DNA of 64,000 nucleotides, from positions 10,035-74,034 of the forward strand of contig CAZZPP010000005.1 in NCBI GenBank assembly GCA_964655705.1, written 5' to 3'. Of this stretch, positions 30,478-39,907 are shown piece by piece (position 1 is the stretch's first letter; each line of letters starts with the position of its first letter). Under the pieces are notes generated by a model. It was given only the letters and a program-made list of their open reading frames with translations. It made no database searches and was not told the DNA's origin. The stretch comes from an uncultured Candidatus Saccharibacteria bacterium (GTDB lineage: Bacteria; Patescibacteriota; Dojkabacteria; SC72). The translations under genes were made by a program, and so were the position numbers.

Positions 30478-31612
30478 ATTCGTCTACAATGTTGTACTTA
30501 ATTTTTAGTCTAAGAATTCTTAACACTTTTCTTTCTACAAAACCATCCTCTAGTTGATTACTTTTGACTGCATCCAATATACAATTGTACACCTCTGTTT
30601 GCAGATTCGGTTTGGGTGAGTAAAAAGTGTAAAGGAGCATATCGTTGCCAGCCTTGAGGCTTTGTAATGCCAAAATACATACTGTTCCCTGCTTTTCAAT
30701 TGCTCCCATTTGCATATCATCGGTAATAACTACTCCTTCGTATCCCATATCTTCTCTTAATTTACCATTTAAAAGCACTTCAGATATCGTTGAAGGTTTA
30801 CTATCAATATTTGGGAAAAGAAGATGTCCTACCATTATTACATCTACAACATCTTTTTCGATTAAGTATTTAAATACTGAAACATATTCATCCCATTGAT
30901 AAGGAGAGATATTTACTCTAGGGAGGTTGTAATGGGAATCTACAGACGAATTACTATGTCCTGGATAGTGCTTTGCGACAGGGATAATTCCTGAATCAGA
31001 ATATCCCTTCATAGCGTAATATGATTTTCTTGCTACTTCCTCTTTTGTTCCAGTAAAGACTCTTGGGTAAAGAAAAGAATTGTTATTAGTAATATATTCA
31101 ACAACAGGAGAAAAGTTAACATTAATACCATATTCTTTTAAAAGTAGTGACCTTTGTACAGATATATCGTAAATATTTTTCTCCCCTCCCATTGACTTAG
31201 GTGAAGTAGTTAAAATGTTTTCCCATCGAATTCTAGATACACTACCTCCCTCTTGATCAATGGAAATGAGTAAGGGTATTTTAGAAACACTCTGTAAATC
31301 TGAATTTAGTGATGTAAGTTGAGATGGATTAGAAATATTCTTACCCATTAGAATAACCCCTCCGATATGCTGGTATTCAATCAGATCTTGAGTATCTTTA
31401 CTCAATGTTGTTCCATTAAATCCAAAGATGAATAGTTGACCTACTTTCTCTTCAATACTCATTTTAGAGAGGATTTTCTCTTCAAGAGGTTGTTTAATAA
31501 TTGTAATATGGTCTTGTATATCGTAAGTAATACTATACTTACGAATTGGAAAATATCTAACTATGATAGTTAGAAATACGAGAGTAAGCAGTATTTTAAA
31601 AAATATTTTCAT
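30455..31612 (-). CDS. nagZ: beta-N-acetylhexosaminidase (glycoside hydrolase family 3, NagZ-like), membrane-anchored
   Basis: 385 aa; GH3 KHYPGHS motif and catalytic Asp region ITDDMQMGA. Confidence 0.8.
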   Translation of the reverse strand: MKIFFKILLTLVFLTIIVRYFPIRKYSITYDIQDHITIIKQPLEEKILSKMSIEEKVGQLFIFGFNGTTLSKDTQDLIEYQHIGGVILMGKNISNPSQLTSLNSDLQSVSKIPLLISIDQEGGSVSRIRWENILTTSPKSMGGEKNIYDISVQRSLLLKEYGINVNFSPVVEYITNNNSFLYPRVFTGTKEEVARKSYYAMKGYSDSGIIPVAKHYPGHSNSSVDSHYNLPRVNISPYQWDEYVSVFKYLIEKDVVDVIMVGHLLFPNIDSKPSTISEVLLNGKLREDMGYEGVVITDDMQMGAIEKQGTVCILALQSLKAGNDMLLYTFYSPKPNLQTEVYNCILDAVKSNQLEDGFVERKVLRILRLKIKYNIVDESILHSLE

Positions 31613-31634
31613 ATCTCTCTTTATATACTACCAT

Positions 31635-32261
31635 TTACTTTTTCTTTTTTAAAAAATAGTAACTTAAAATTGCAAAAGGAATCATACTACTAAATATCTT
31701 TGCAATTGTTAGAATTGGAGATTCTCCATCTCTCATTACAAAAAACATAATTAGAGACCATGGAATCATACTTATGATTGAAGCAATGTAGTATTTATCA
31801 AAGGAGATATTTGTTAAACCAAAAGCATAGGATGCGAAATCATTGATGTAAAAGGTTGAGAATCTCAGAACCAAAAATCTCTTGTTATTAATTCTTTTAG
31901 AAATATCTTCAATTTTCTGAATTCCTTGATCACCAATAAACTTTTTAAGGACTCTTTTGCCGTACATTCTAGCTAAAAGAAAGTTAGTCGCAGATGTAAT
32001 TAACCATGTAAGAATTGAATATATAATGGCGTATTTACCAAAGAGAATAAAGCCTGCAACAAAAAGAGCAGAGGTACTCAATGGTGCAAATACTTGACCC
32101 AATATCTGTATTAGAACATACAGGAGAGGTGCCCACATACCAGTAGAGGAGATAAAGGAAGAGATTTCATTTGAAGAGAATTTAGTTGAGAAGTAAATAA
32201 CAAGAACAAAGAGAAAAACAGAGAGGAAGGGATAAAAGAATTTCTTAAAAGAGAATATCAT
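31635..32261 (-). CDS. DedA/TVP38-family membrane protein
   Basis: 208 aa; VAGFILFGKYAIIYSILTWLITSATNFLLARMYGKR resembles DedA core. Confidence 0.6.
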   Translation of the reverse strand: MIFSFKKFFYPFLSVFLFVLVIYFSTKFSSNEISSFISSTGMWAPLLYVLIQILGQVFAPLSTSALFVAGFILFGKYAIIYSILTWLITSATNFLLARMYGKRVLKKFIGDQGIQKIEDISKRINNKRFLVLRFSTFYINDFASYAFGLTNISFDKYYIASIISMIPWSLIMFFVMRDGESPILTIAKIFSSMIPFAILSYYFLKKKK

Positions 32262-32295
32262 AGGATATTATACAGTAAAACAGTGAGGTTGAAAG

Positions 32296-32331
32296 AAAAA
32301 AAAAGGATGGAGTACCAATATACAACCATCC
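32296..32331 (-). terminator. intrinsic terminator (minus strand) just upstream of DedA-family gene
   Basis: minus-strand GGATGG-N15-CCATCC hairpin followed by nine T. Confidence 0.7.
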
Positions 32332-32547
32332 AAACACCAGGAAAGTATGCATTACGACATACTGGGTTTGGCCATAGAACGCAAGCCAAGAAATAATAAA
32401 ACTTCAAGACTTGTTAATGTTCTAAGGTGTTAATGTTCGAATCATCAACATATCCTTTAAATCCGTAGAAACATCTGAATTAGAAAAATTGGTTCTAAAA
32501 CAGAGTTCGGTACCAACCTAGTAGGATTTAAAAGTCCTAGTATTTCA

Positions 32548-32576
32548 ATACTAATTAAGTAAATGAGTTTTGTCAA
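32548..32576 (-). promoter_or_regulatory. sigma70-like promoter (TTGACA -35, 17-nt spacer, TAGTAT -10)
   Basis: read on minus strand: TTGACAaaactcatttacttaatTAGTAT. Confidence 0.35.
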
Positions 32577-32671
32577 CACTATAATGCGTGATTTTTTATA
32601 TAGGTCTGACAGTAAAACTCAAGGGGGTTGTGTTAGCAACATATCATAATAAACAAATGAATACTATAGTC

Positions 32672-33685
32672 CTAGTCTAAAAGGCTTCCAATTGAGTGTC
32701 TACTGTTCAATCTGTAGATTATTTCTGCAAAGTATTTAGATACTGATATGACCTTTATCCATTTGTTTTTTTGTAATACGTCCTTTGGAATATATGTTGC
32801 ATCTGTGCATATGAGTTTAGAGAATATCCCCTTTGATTGTAACTCTGAGAGCTTTTCAATAGCATGTCCATTAATGAGGGCAAAGGTAGCTACTCCAATG
32901 ATTTCTTTTGCACCATACTCTTTTGCAATTTCAACAGCCTTACAAAATGTACCACCAGTATCAATCATATCGTCAACAATATATACAGTTCTATTCTTAA
33001 TATTACCCATTACTTTAAGATCTTCAACCGTATTACTTTTCTTGTAATTACGTACTTTATATGCAAATGCTACATCAGTTCCTAGATAAGTCGAGTAATA
33101 GTTAGCTCTTTTAGCACCACCTAAGTCTGTTGGTAGAATTGTAGTTCTATCCTTCTCCTTAAGATTTCTTTTAATATATGGGAGAAGTACCTGACTACCC
33201 TTTAGGTTGTCTACCCAAGACATTCTAAAGAAACCCTGTATAGCAGTATTGTGTAAATCAATCGTAATTATATGATCTGCACCCATTGAACCCTCTAGTT
33301 CCCATGCTACTCTAGCAGCAGAGATATCCTCTCTCCCCCACTGTTTGTCTTGTCTAGCGTATGGATATGATGGTATTACAGCAGTTACATAGTTAGCATC
33401 ACATCTTTTACATGCCCCTAGTACTGTGTAAAGTGCTCTTAGATTCTCATCTACACTCTTACCGTTAAAATGATTTTCTACATCTTGAATTACAAATACA
33501 TCCTTTCCTCTTACGCTCTCATTTAGTACAGATTTAATTTCTGTATTAGCGAATGTAATCTCTTGTGAGTCAAGTAAATGGATTTTTTTCTTACTCTTTT
33601 TGTTGATCTCTTTAAGAACCTTTTGGGCAAACTCTAAGCCAGATTCACATGATATTACAACAAGATCCCCTCTAAAATGATTCAT
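32672..33685 (-). CDS. prs: ribose-phosphate pyrophosphokinase (PRPP synthetase)
   Basis: 337 aa; PRPP-binding loop VDDMIDTGGT and N-terminal Prs fold residues. Confidence 0.9.
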   Translation of the reverse strand: MNHFRGDLVVISCESGLEFAQKVLKEINKKSKKKIHLLDSQEITFANTEIKSVLNESVRGKDVFVIQDVENHFNGKSVDENLRALYTVLGACKRCDANYVTAVIPSYPYARQDKQWGREDISAARVAWELEGSMGADHIITIDLHNTAIQGFFRMSWVDNLKGSQVLLPYIKRNLKEKDRTTILPTDLGGAKRANYYSTYLGTDVAFAYKVRNYKKSNTVEDLKVMGNIKNRTVYIVDDMIDTGGTFCKAVEIAKEYGAKEIIGVATFALINGHAIEKLSELQSKGIFSKLICTDATYIPKDVLQKNKWIKVISVSKYFAEIIYRLNSRHSIGSLLD

Positions 33686-33810
33686 ACTACACTCTTTATG
33701 AAATTACAAATCCAATATATCTCTTTTAATATTTAATTTCAAGTTAAAGAATGTTGAAATTGTTGTAATTATGGATATAATTGTAAAGATATATTTATTT
33801 ATCCTAAGGT

Positions 33811-35016
33811 ATGGAATTTAAAAATCAACAATTTGTACCCCTACTCTTTGCAGGTGATATTAATTCATACAGCATGGCTAGAGCTTTCTACGAAGAGTAT
33901 AAAGTTAGATCAATAGTATATGGCAAGATATATACTGGTCCAAATTGTAATAGTAAGATATCTGATTTCAGGACAGTAGCAGATATTGAGAGAGAGGATG
34001 TATTTCTTAAAACAGTAAACAAAGTGGCTAAAGAGAATTCAAACAAAAAGGTTATTCTCATTCCTTGTGGTGATAGCTATGCTTCATTGGCTTGTAAATT
34101 GAAAGAAAACTTTGAGAAAAATGTTGTTACTGTTGAAAATGATTATAAACAAATTCAAGAACTAACCATTAAGGATAAATTCTATAACATGTGTGATAAA
34201 TACGGTCTTGATTATCCAAAAACATTCATATATTCAAAGCAAATGGGAGATATGGTTGATCATGGTTTCTCATATCCAGTAATTCTTAAGCCTTCAGATG
34301 GTGTTAAGTATTGGGAACATCCTTTTGATACACAGAAAAAGATTTACAAGATCCATGACGAAAAAGAATTAAAGAAAGTAATTGCCGAAATCTATGATGC
34401 TGGATATCCAGAGAAGTTAATTATTCAAGATATGATTCCTGGTGATGATACATACATGTATGTTTTAACAGGTTACTCAGATAGAAAAGGTAAGGTTAAA
34501 TTACTAGCCTTGGGTAATGTATTGCGAGAAGAGCATACACCTCATGGTTTAGGTAATCACTCAGTGATTATCAATGAAGTTAATGAGGAGATATCTAACA
34601 AAGTTAAGAAGTTTTTAGAAGATATTAATTATGTAGGATTTTTCAATTTCGATATTAAATATGATAGTAGAGATGGAGGATATAAGTTCTTTGAGATAAA
34701 CACTAGACAGGGAAGAAGCAATTACTATGTTACTGGGGCGGGATATAATTTGGCAAAATATGTTGTTGAGGAGTATGTTTATGGTAAAGAGTTACAGTTT
34801 ACATTAGCAACAAATAAAAAACTTTGGTTAGTAATTCCAATAGTCTTAGCCTTAATTTTTATTAGGTCTAATAAATATAGGAAAGAAATGATATCATTGA
34901 TTTTTAAGGGACAAATTGTTAACCCTGTATTTAATATTAAAGATATGGGCTTTATAAGATTCTTGAGATTTTTCAAGAACCATATAAGTCATTTTAAAAA
35001 GATGAGGTTAGAGTAA
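33811..35016 (+). CDS. ATP-grasp family ligase (D-aspartate-ligase-like)
   Basis: 401 aa; ATP-grasp core YPVILKPSDGV, C-terminal FEINTRQGRS. Confidence 0.65.
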   Translation: MEFKNQQFVPLLFAGDINSYSMARAFYEEYKVRSIVYGKIYTGPNCNSKISDFRTVADIEREDVFLKTVNKVAKENSNKKVILIPCGDSYASLACKLKENFEKNVVTVENDYKQIQELTIKDKFYNMCDKYGLDYPKTFIYSKQMGDMVDHGFSYPVILKPSDGVKYWEHPFDTQKKIYKIHDEKELKKVIAEIYDAGYPEKLIIQDMIPGDDTYMYVLTGYSDRKGKVKLLALGNVLREEHTPHGLGNHSVIINEVNEEISNKVKKFLEDINYVGFFNFDIKYDSRDGGYKFFEINTRQGRSNYYVTGAGYNLAKYVVEEYVYGKELQFTLATNKKLWLVIPIVLALIFIRSNKYRKEMISLIFKGQIVNPVFNIKDMGFIRFLRFFKNHISHFKKMRLE

Positions 35017-35741
35017 TGAATAAAAAGAAATTAGGAGTAATTGGAGGTCTAGGACCAAAAGCTACGGCATATTTTTATAATCTAATTATTGATCATACTC
35101 AAGCAGATACTGATCAGGAGCATATAGATGCAATATACCTTAATCATGCCTCTATGCCTGATAGAACAAGATCAATACTTTTTAACAAGACTGATGAGTT
35201 AAAAGATCTCTTGATCAAAGATGCTAAGTTACTTGAGAGTTTAGGAGTATCCCATATTGCAATACCTTGTAACACTTCTCACTACTTCTATGATGAAATC
35301 CAAGATAGTGTAAATATTCCAGTTATAAATATGATAGATGAGGCTATAAAATATACGAAAGAAAAAGTTCATGATGTAACTAAGATTGGAGTCTTAGCAA
35401 CCAATGGCACCAGAGAGATGAAGTTATTTGATAAATATGCAGATAAAAACTGTGTTGAAATTGCATATCCTTCCCAGAAGGGACAAGATCGAGTCATGTC
35501 TGCTATTTATGATGGAGTAAAAGCTGGTAAAGAGATTTCCCCATCATATTTAGAAGAGGTAATCACAGAGATGAAAGGGAAAGATTGCCAAGCAGTTATA
35601 TTAGCATGTACTGAGCTTTCAGTTATATATAAGAATGAGAAGAATTCATTCATTGTAGACCCATTACTACCTTTAGCCTACAAATCTATAGAAATAGCAG
35701 GTAAAAAAGTAAAAGTAAAAAATAATTTGACAAAAGTATAA
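35016..35741 (+). CDS. Asp/Glu-racemase-family protein (aspartate racemase-like)
   Basis: 241 aa; both catalytic cysteine motifs IPCNTSHYF and ILACTELS present. Confidence 0.8.
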   Translation: MNKKKLGVIGGLGPKATAYFYNLIIDHTQADTDQEHIDAIYLNHASMPDRTRSILFNKTDELKDLLIKDAKLLESLGVSHIAIPCNTSHYFYDEIQDSVNIPVINMIDEAIKYTKEKVHDVTKIGVLATNGTREMKLFDKYADKNCVEIAYPSQKGQDRVMSAIYDGVKAGKEISPSYLEEVITEMKGKDCQAVILACTELSVIYKNEKNSFIVDPLLPLAYKSIEIAGKKVKVKNNLTKV

Positions 35742-35830
35742 GACTTCTGTACTATGTAGTTTTAGTGGAAAAACCTACGATACTATTTAAGCCAAGAAGA
35801 AGATTCCTAAGTAATATCAATTTATATTTA

Positions 35831-35853
35831 AAGACCTTTGGGTCTTTTTTTTT
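35831..35853 (+). terminator. intrinsic terminator after racemase gene
   Basis: AAGACC-TTTG-GGTCTT hairpin followed by nine or ten T. Confidence 0.65.
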
Positions 35854-35858
35854 GATAT

Positions 35859-36647
35859 ATGAATATTAAAGTAAGAAGAATAATATTAACAATACTAATA
35901 ACGATCTCAATTATCTTCATATGGGAGTATCTAATTAATTACTTTAATATACCAAAAAGAGTTATTCCAAAGCCCTCTGACCTACTCTATTTCATTCAGA
36001 AAGAATTTTTAACTACACATTCAAGTAGGTATCAAAGCGTATTTACCAAAACTCTTTTCAGCCTTAGAGATGCTTTTGTAGGGTTTGTATTAGCTTTTTT
36101 AGTGAGTTTAGGATTAGGAGTTGTACTTGCACATAGTAAAAAAGTATATGCTATTCTTTTTCCTTTAATATTTTTAACCCAACTTGTACCAGTCCCTGCT
36201 CTTGCTCCAGTCATAGCTACAATATTAGGATATGGATATACAACAAAAATATTTATCATTACTCTGTTTCTAATTTTCCCAATTTCAATTAGTGTTAGAA
36301 ACTGTATTCTAAATATTCCGATTAGCTATTTAGACCTTTTTAAGACATATTCTAAGAATAGGATATACAAGTATAGGTATTTAATTATTCCCTCCCTTGT
36401 TCCAACACTACTTTCTCAAATGAAAGTAATATCTACAGCAAGTATTGTTGCAACAATAATAACGGAGTTACCACTATCTGTAAGAGGTGGAATTGGAAAG
36501 GATATATATAACTCATTTAATAACCAGATGATTCCTAGGGTATGGGTAAGTGTAATGCTTATATCCCTTCTATCTTTTCTCATTTTTAGAATATTCTCAA
36601 TGTTAGAAATATATATACATAGAAAGTATAAATATGGGCAGTATTAA
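35859..36647 (+). CDS. ABC transporter permease (NitT/TauT-family, SsuC-like)
   Basis: 262 aa, 6 TM, binding-protein-dependent permease fold. Confidence 0.7.
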   Translation: MNIKVRRIILTILITISIIFIWEYLINYFNIPKRVIPKPSDLLYFIQKEFLTTHSSRYQSVFTKTLFSLRDAFVGFVLAFLVSLGLGVVLAHSKKVYAILFPLIFLTQLVPVPALAPVIATILGYGYTTKIFIITLFLIFPISISVRNCILNIPISYLDLFKTYSKNRIYKYRYLIIPSLVPTLLSQMKVISTASIVATIITELPLSVRGGIGKDIYNSFNNQMIPRVWVSVMLISLLSFLIFRIFSMLEIYIHRKYKYGQY

Positions 36648-37419
36648 AACAATAGAAGTTAAAAATTTAAGTGCAATATATGATGGAGATGAAAAGCATC
36701 TTGAGGTTTTAAAGAATATTTCCTTCTCAATATCTAAAGGTTCTTTTGTATCAATTATTGGTCCTTCTGGATGTGGTAAATCAACACTATTCCGATTACT
36801 TTGTGGTTTGCCTACAAAAGATAACTGTAAGATAACTGGACAGATTAGAATAAATGGCAAGAAACCAGAGACCGCAAGGAATTTAAGGAAGATAGGATTA
36901 ATATTACAAAAACCTACCCTTTTAGAATGGAGAACAGTTCAATCAAATATAGAACTACCTCTTGAAATAATGGGATACAGTAAAAAAAGTATATCCAAAA
37001 AAACAGATGAGCTTTTAGAGATTCTTGATTTAGATGATTTCAGAGATTACAGGCCAAGTGAACTCTCTGGAGGTATGCAACAGAAGGTATCTATTGGCAG
37101 AGCCCTAGCCTATGATCCTGAGCTTCTTTTAATGGATGAACCATTTGTAGCTTTAGATGAGATAAATAGAAGAAAGATGAATAATGAGATTATTAATATA
37201 TGGAAAAAAACTAAAAAAACAATTCTTTTTATTACACACAGTATCGAGGAAAGTGTATATCTTTCTCAAAGTGTAATTGTACTTAGTAAGAAACCATCTA
37301 CGATATATAACAGAGTGAAGATTGATTTAGATTATCCAAGAAGTAAAGAGGAGAATACCTCTGCTTACTTTAAATATATTAAAGAGATTAGAAAGGAGTT
37401 AAATGAAGCAAGCTGTTAA
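36634..37419 (+). CDS. ABC transporter ATP-binding protein (NitT/TauT-family)
   Basis: 261 aa; Walker A GPSGCGKST, signature LSGGMQQ, Walker B LLLMDEPF. Confidence 0.85.
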   Translation: MGSIKTIEVKNLSAIYDGDEKHLEVLKNISFSISKGSFVSIIGPSGCGKSTLFRLLCGLPTKDNCKITGQIRINGKKPETARNLRKIGLILQKPTLLEWRTVQSNIELPLEIMGYSKKSISKKTDELLEILDLDDFRDYRPSELSGGMQQKVSIGRALAYDPELLLMDEPFVALDEINRRKMNNEIINIWKKTKKTILFITHSIEESVYLSQSVIVLSKKPSTIYNRVKIDLDYPRSKEENTSAYFKYIKEIRKELNEASC

Positions 37420-38164
37420 GAAAAATCAACACATTCTGTTATCAATTCTTAGCTTGTTTATCTTTTTCTTTCTCTGGGAATTAATAGTGGATGTTTTTGA
37501 TATTTCAAAAACAGTTTTGATTAAACCTACAGTGATATTTACTTCAATTCTAAGTAACTATGACATTATTCTACCAGAGTTACTATACTCGATTTGGGAG
37601 ATACTTCCCGGATGGATAATTGGAAATACCGTAGGTTTTCTAGTTGCAATATTTATATATCGCAAAGAAAAAATTTCAAATTTTCTTACCTCTTGGTCAG
37701 TGGTTATTAACGCAGTCCCATTAATTGCATTAAGTGCAATACTAGGTGGGATTATGGGTACAGATAGGGATCAAAAGATTTTATTAATCTCTTTAATACT
37801 TTTCTTTCCAATGTTTATAACAACGCTTTCTCAACTTAAGGTAATTGATCAAAATCTTAAGGATTTACTAATATCCTACTCTGCTACTCCAAAACAGATT
37901 CTTTTTAAACTCCTAATTCCAAAATCCCTACCCTTTATTCTAAATGTTCTTAAGGTTAATGCTATTACCGCGATATTTACAGGTATAACGGCAGAGTTTT
38001 TTGGAGGGTATGGTGGTATTGGTATTTTCATTCTTTCAAAAAAGGGATTATTCAATTTAGAGTTAGTTTGGGCATCAATATTTTGTATTGCCATCTTTGG
38101 AAGTATTTTCTATTTTTCTCTGGATATAATCCAGAAGAAAGTACTTCCTTGGTATAGGAGTTAA
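37403..38164 (+). CDS. ABC transporter permease (second subunit)
   Basis: 253 aa, 6 TM; overlaps ATPase gene by 17 nt. Confidence 0.7.
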   Translation: MKQAVKKNQHILLSILSLFIFFFLWELIVDVFDISKTVLIKPTVIFTSILSNYDIILPELLYSIWEILPGWIIGNTVGFLVAIFIYRKEKISNFLTSWSVVINAVPLIALSAILGGIMGTDRDQKILLISLILFFPMFITTLSQLKVIDQNLKDLLISYSATPKQILFKLLIPKSLPFILNVLKVNAITAIFTGITAEFFGGYGGIGIFILSKKGLFNLELVWASIFCIAIFGSIFYFSLDIIQKKVLPWYRS

Positions 38165-38196
38165 GTTAAATTATTTAAATTTTTATATTTTTACAT

Positions 38197-39246
38197 ATGG
38201 AAGAGAAAGAAAAGAAATCTTCCCTTATTCCTACAGTGGTAATACTACTGTTACTAGCTGTGGGAGGATATTTAATTTACAACAACGTATTAAAAGAGGA
38301 AGACTCTGAAGATGAGAGTAAGGATACTCTTACACTACAGCTTAAATGGGTAGAACAGGCTCAGTTTATGGGCTTTATAGTTGCAGAGGAGTTAGGATAC
38401 TATGATGACGAGAATATTGACTTAGAGATTCTACCTGGAGGTGTAGGAATTAATCCTGTAGATGTATTAATACAGGGAGATGCAGATATTGCTGTTGCTT
38501 GGACAGGAAATGTACTTCCTGCAATCTCTCAAGGAGAAGAGTTAGTAAATATTGGACAGGGAATGCAAAGGTCAGGAATGAGATTGATGGCACTTAAAGA
38601 GAGTGGTATTGGGTCTCCAAAAGATATTGAAGGTAAAAAGATTGGTACATGGCCAGGTGGTAATGAATTAGAGCCTTATGCATTTATTGAAATGCAGGGA
38701 TTGGACAAAGACAAAGATGTACAGTTAGTAAATCAGGGATTTGATATGAATCAACTGCTTAACAAAGAGATAGATTTAGCATCTGCAATGATATATAACG
38801 AGTATTGGTTACCAATAGAGGTAGGATATAGTGAAGATGATTTTGTTGTGTTTGATATGGAGGAGCAAGGCGCTGGAATGCTTCAAGATGCCCTGTTTGT
38901 TCAGAGAGAGTTTCTTGATAACAATGAGGATCTATTAGTTAGATTTATGAGAGCAACCATTAAAGGTTGGGAGTATGCCATTAATGACCCAGAGGGTGCT
39001 GTAGATATCTTAGGTTTAGATTTCACTGAAAATGATGTAACTGCTAAAGATCATCAAATCCTTATGGCAAAAGAAACTGCTAAGTTATATCAAGCAGACG
39101 ATGGAGCGCAAAAGGGTCTTTTCTACATCAATCTAACCAAATTACAACAGACAGTAGACATTGCTACTAAGTATATTGAAGAGGTTAAAGATATAGAGGT
39201 TGATAGTATATATACCTTAGATATTTGGACAGAAGCAACTAAATAA
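38197..39246 (+). CDS. ABC substrate-binding protein, NMT1/THI5-like (SsuA/ThiY family), N-terminal anchor
   Basis: 349 aa; N-terminal TM then periplasmic-binding fold typical of NMT1-like SBPs. Confidence 0.65.
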   Translation: MEEKEKKSSLIPTVVILLLLAVGGYLIYNNVLKEEDSEDESKDTLTLQLKWVEQAQFMGFIVAEELGYYDDENIDLEILPGGVGINPVDVLIQGDADIAVAWTGNVLPAISQGEELVNIGQGMQRSGMRLMALKESGIGSPKDIEGKKIGTWPGGNELEPYAFIEMQGLDKDKDVQLVNQGFDMNQLLNKEIDLASAMIYNEYWLPIEVGYSEDDFVVFDMEEQGAGMLQDALFVQREFLDNNEDLLVRFMRATIKGWEYAINDPEGAVDILGLDFTENDVTAKDHQILMAKETAKLYQADDGAQKGLFYINLTKLQQTVDIATKYIEEVKDIEVDSIYTLDIWTEATK

Positions 39247-39259
39247 TGAGAGCAAAAAT

Positions 39260-39901
39260 ATGAAGAATTTAACAATTATTGAAAATCCTGTTATTCAAGA
39301 AATTGGACTAAAATTGCATGATATAGAAACAAAACCCTTTGAGTATAGAGAGAATTGTCGGAGACTTGGAATGTATATGGGTTCAGAAATATCTAATTAC
39401 AATATACTTCCTGTTAAAGATAGTAAGATAGCTACCCCACTGGGGGAGCTATCTGCTCAAGTAGTAGATGACAGTAATATAGGTATTGTTAATGTATTAA
39501 GGGCTGGTACTAGTTTTGCACTAGGTTTGGGTGAGGTATTTCCTAATAGTACAATTTCTTTTATTAGTGCATGGAGAGAGGGCAAAAAAGGTAATATGTC
39601 TGCTAAAACAGAATATATGAGAGGAGTAGAATCTTTGGAAGACAAATTCGTTATTATTTCGGACTTAGCTCTTGCAAGTGGGGTCTCAATACTTGCATGC
39701 TTAGATGTTTTGAAAGAGTACATTGATCTTGAGCGGAGTATAATATGCTCTCTTCACTGTGCTAGAGAGGGAGTAGAAAGTATTCAAGAGAGTTATCCAT
39801 CTATAAAGATATACTCTGTGTTTGGTCCTAGTGAAATGAATGATCACTGCTATATATTAAACGGTCCAGGTGATTGTGGTGATAGATGTTTTAATACATA
39901 A
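39260..39901 (+). CDS. upp: uracil phosphoribosyltransferase
   Basis: 213 aa; N-terminus MKNLTIIENPVIQEIGLKLHD mirrors Upp MK...HPLV.HKL; C-terminal YILNGPGDCGDRCFNT matches Upp GLGDAGDRLFGT. Confidence 0.85.
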   Translation: MKNLTIIENPVIQEIGLKLHDIETKPFEYRENCRRLGMYMGSEISNYNILPVKDSKIATPLGELSAQVVDDSNIGIVNVLRAGTSFALGLGEVFPNSTISFISAWREGKKGNMSAKTEYMRGVESLEDKFVIISDLALASGVSILACLDVLKEYIDLERSIICSLHCAREGVESIQESYPSIKIYSVFGPSEMNDHCYILNGPGDCGDRCFNT

Positions 39902-39907
39902 AAATAT

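Larger units (their letters stand above)
32296..32576 (-). ncRNA. candidate structured leader RNA/riboswitch-like element or small ncRNA of unknown class
   Basis: about 410-nt ORF-free, relatively GC-richer gap between prs and dedA-like gene; minus-strand TTGACA-17nt-TAGTAT promoter-like element at 32548-32576 and terminator at 32296-32331 give an about 245-nt transcript ending 35 nt before the dedA-like start. Confidence 0.4.

Noticed and set aside
32262-32671. T-box riboswitch, tmRNA or RNase P RNA identity for the intergenic RNA
   Set aside because: The T-box-like UGGUACC element lies near the 5' end rather than in the antiterminator next to the terminator. No tRNA-like 3' domain or tag-peptide reading frame for tmRNA was seen, and no RNase P P4 consensus (AGGAAAGUCCGGGCUCC / ACAGAACCCGGCUUA) is present.
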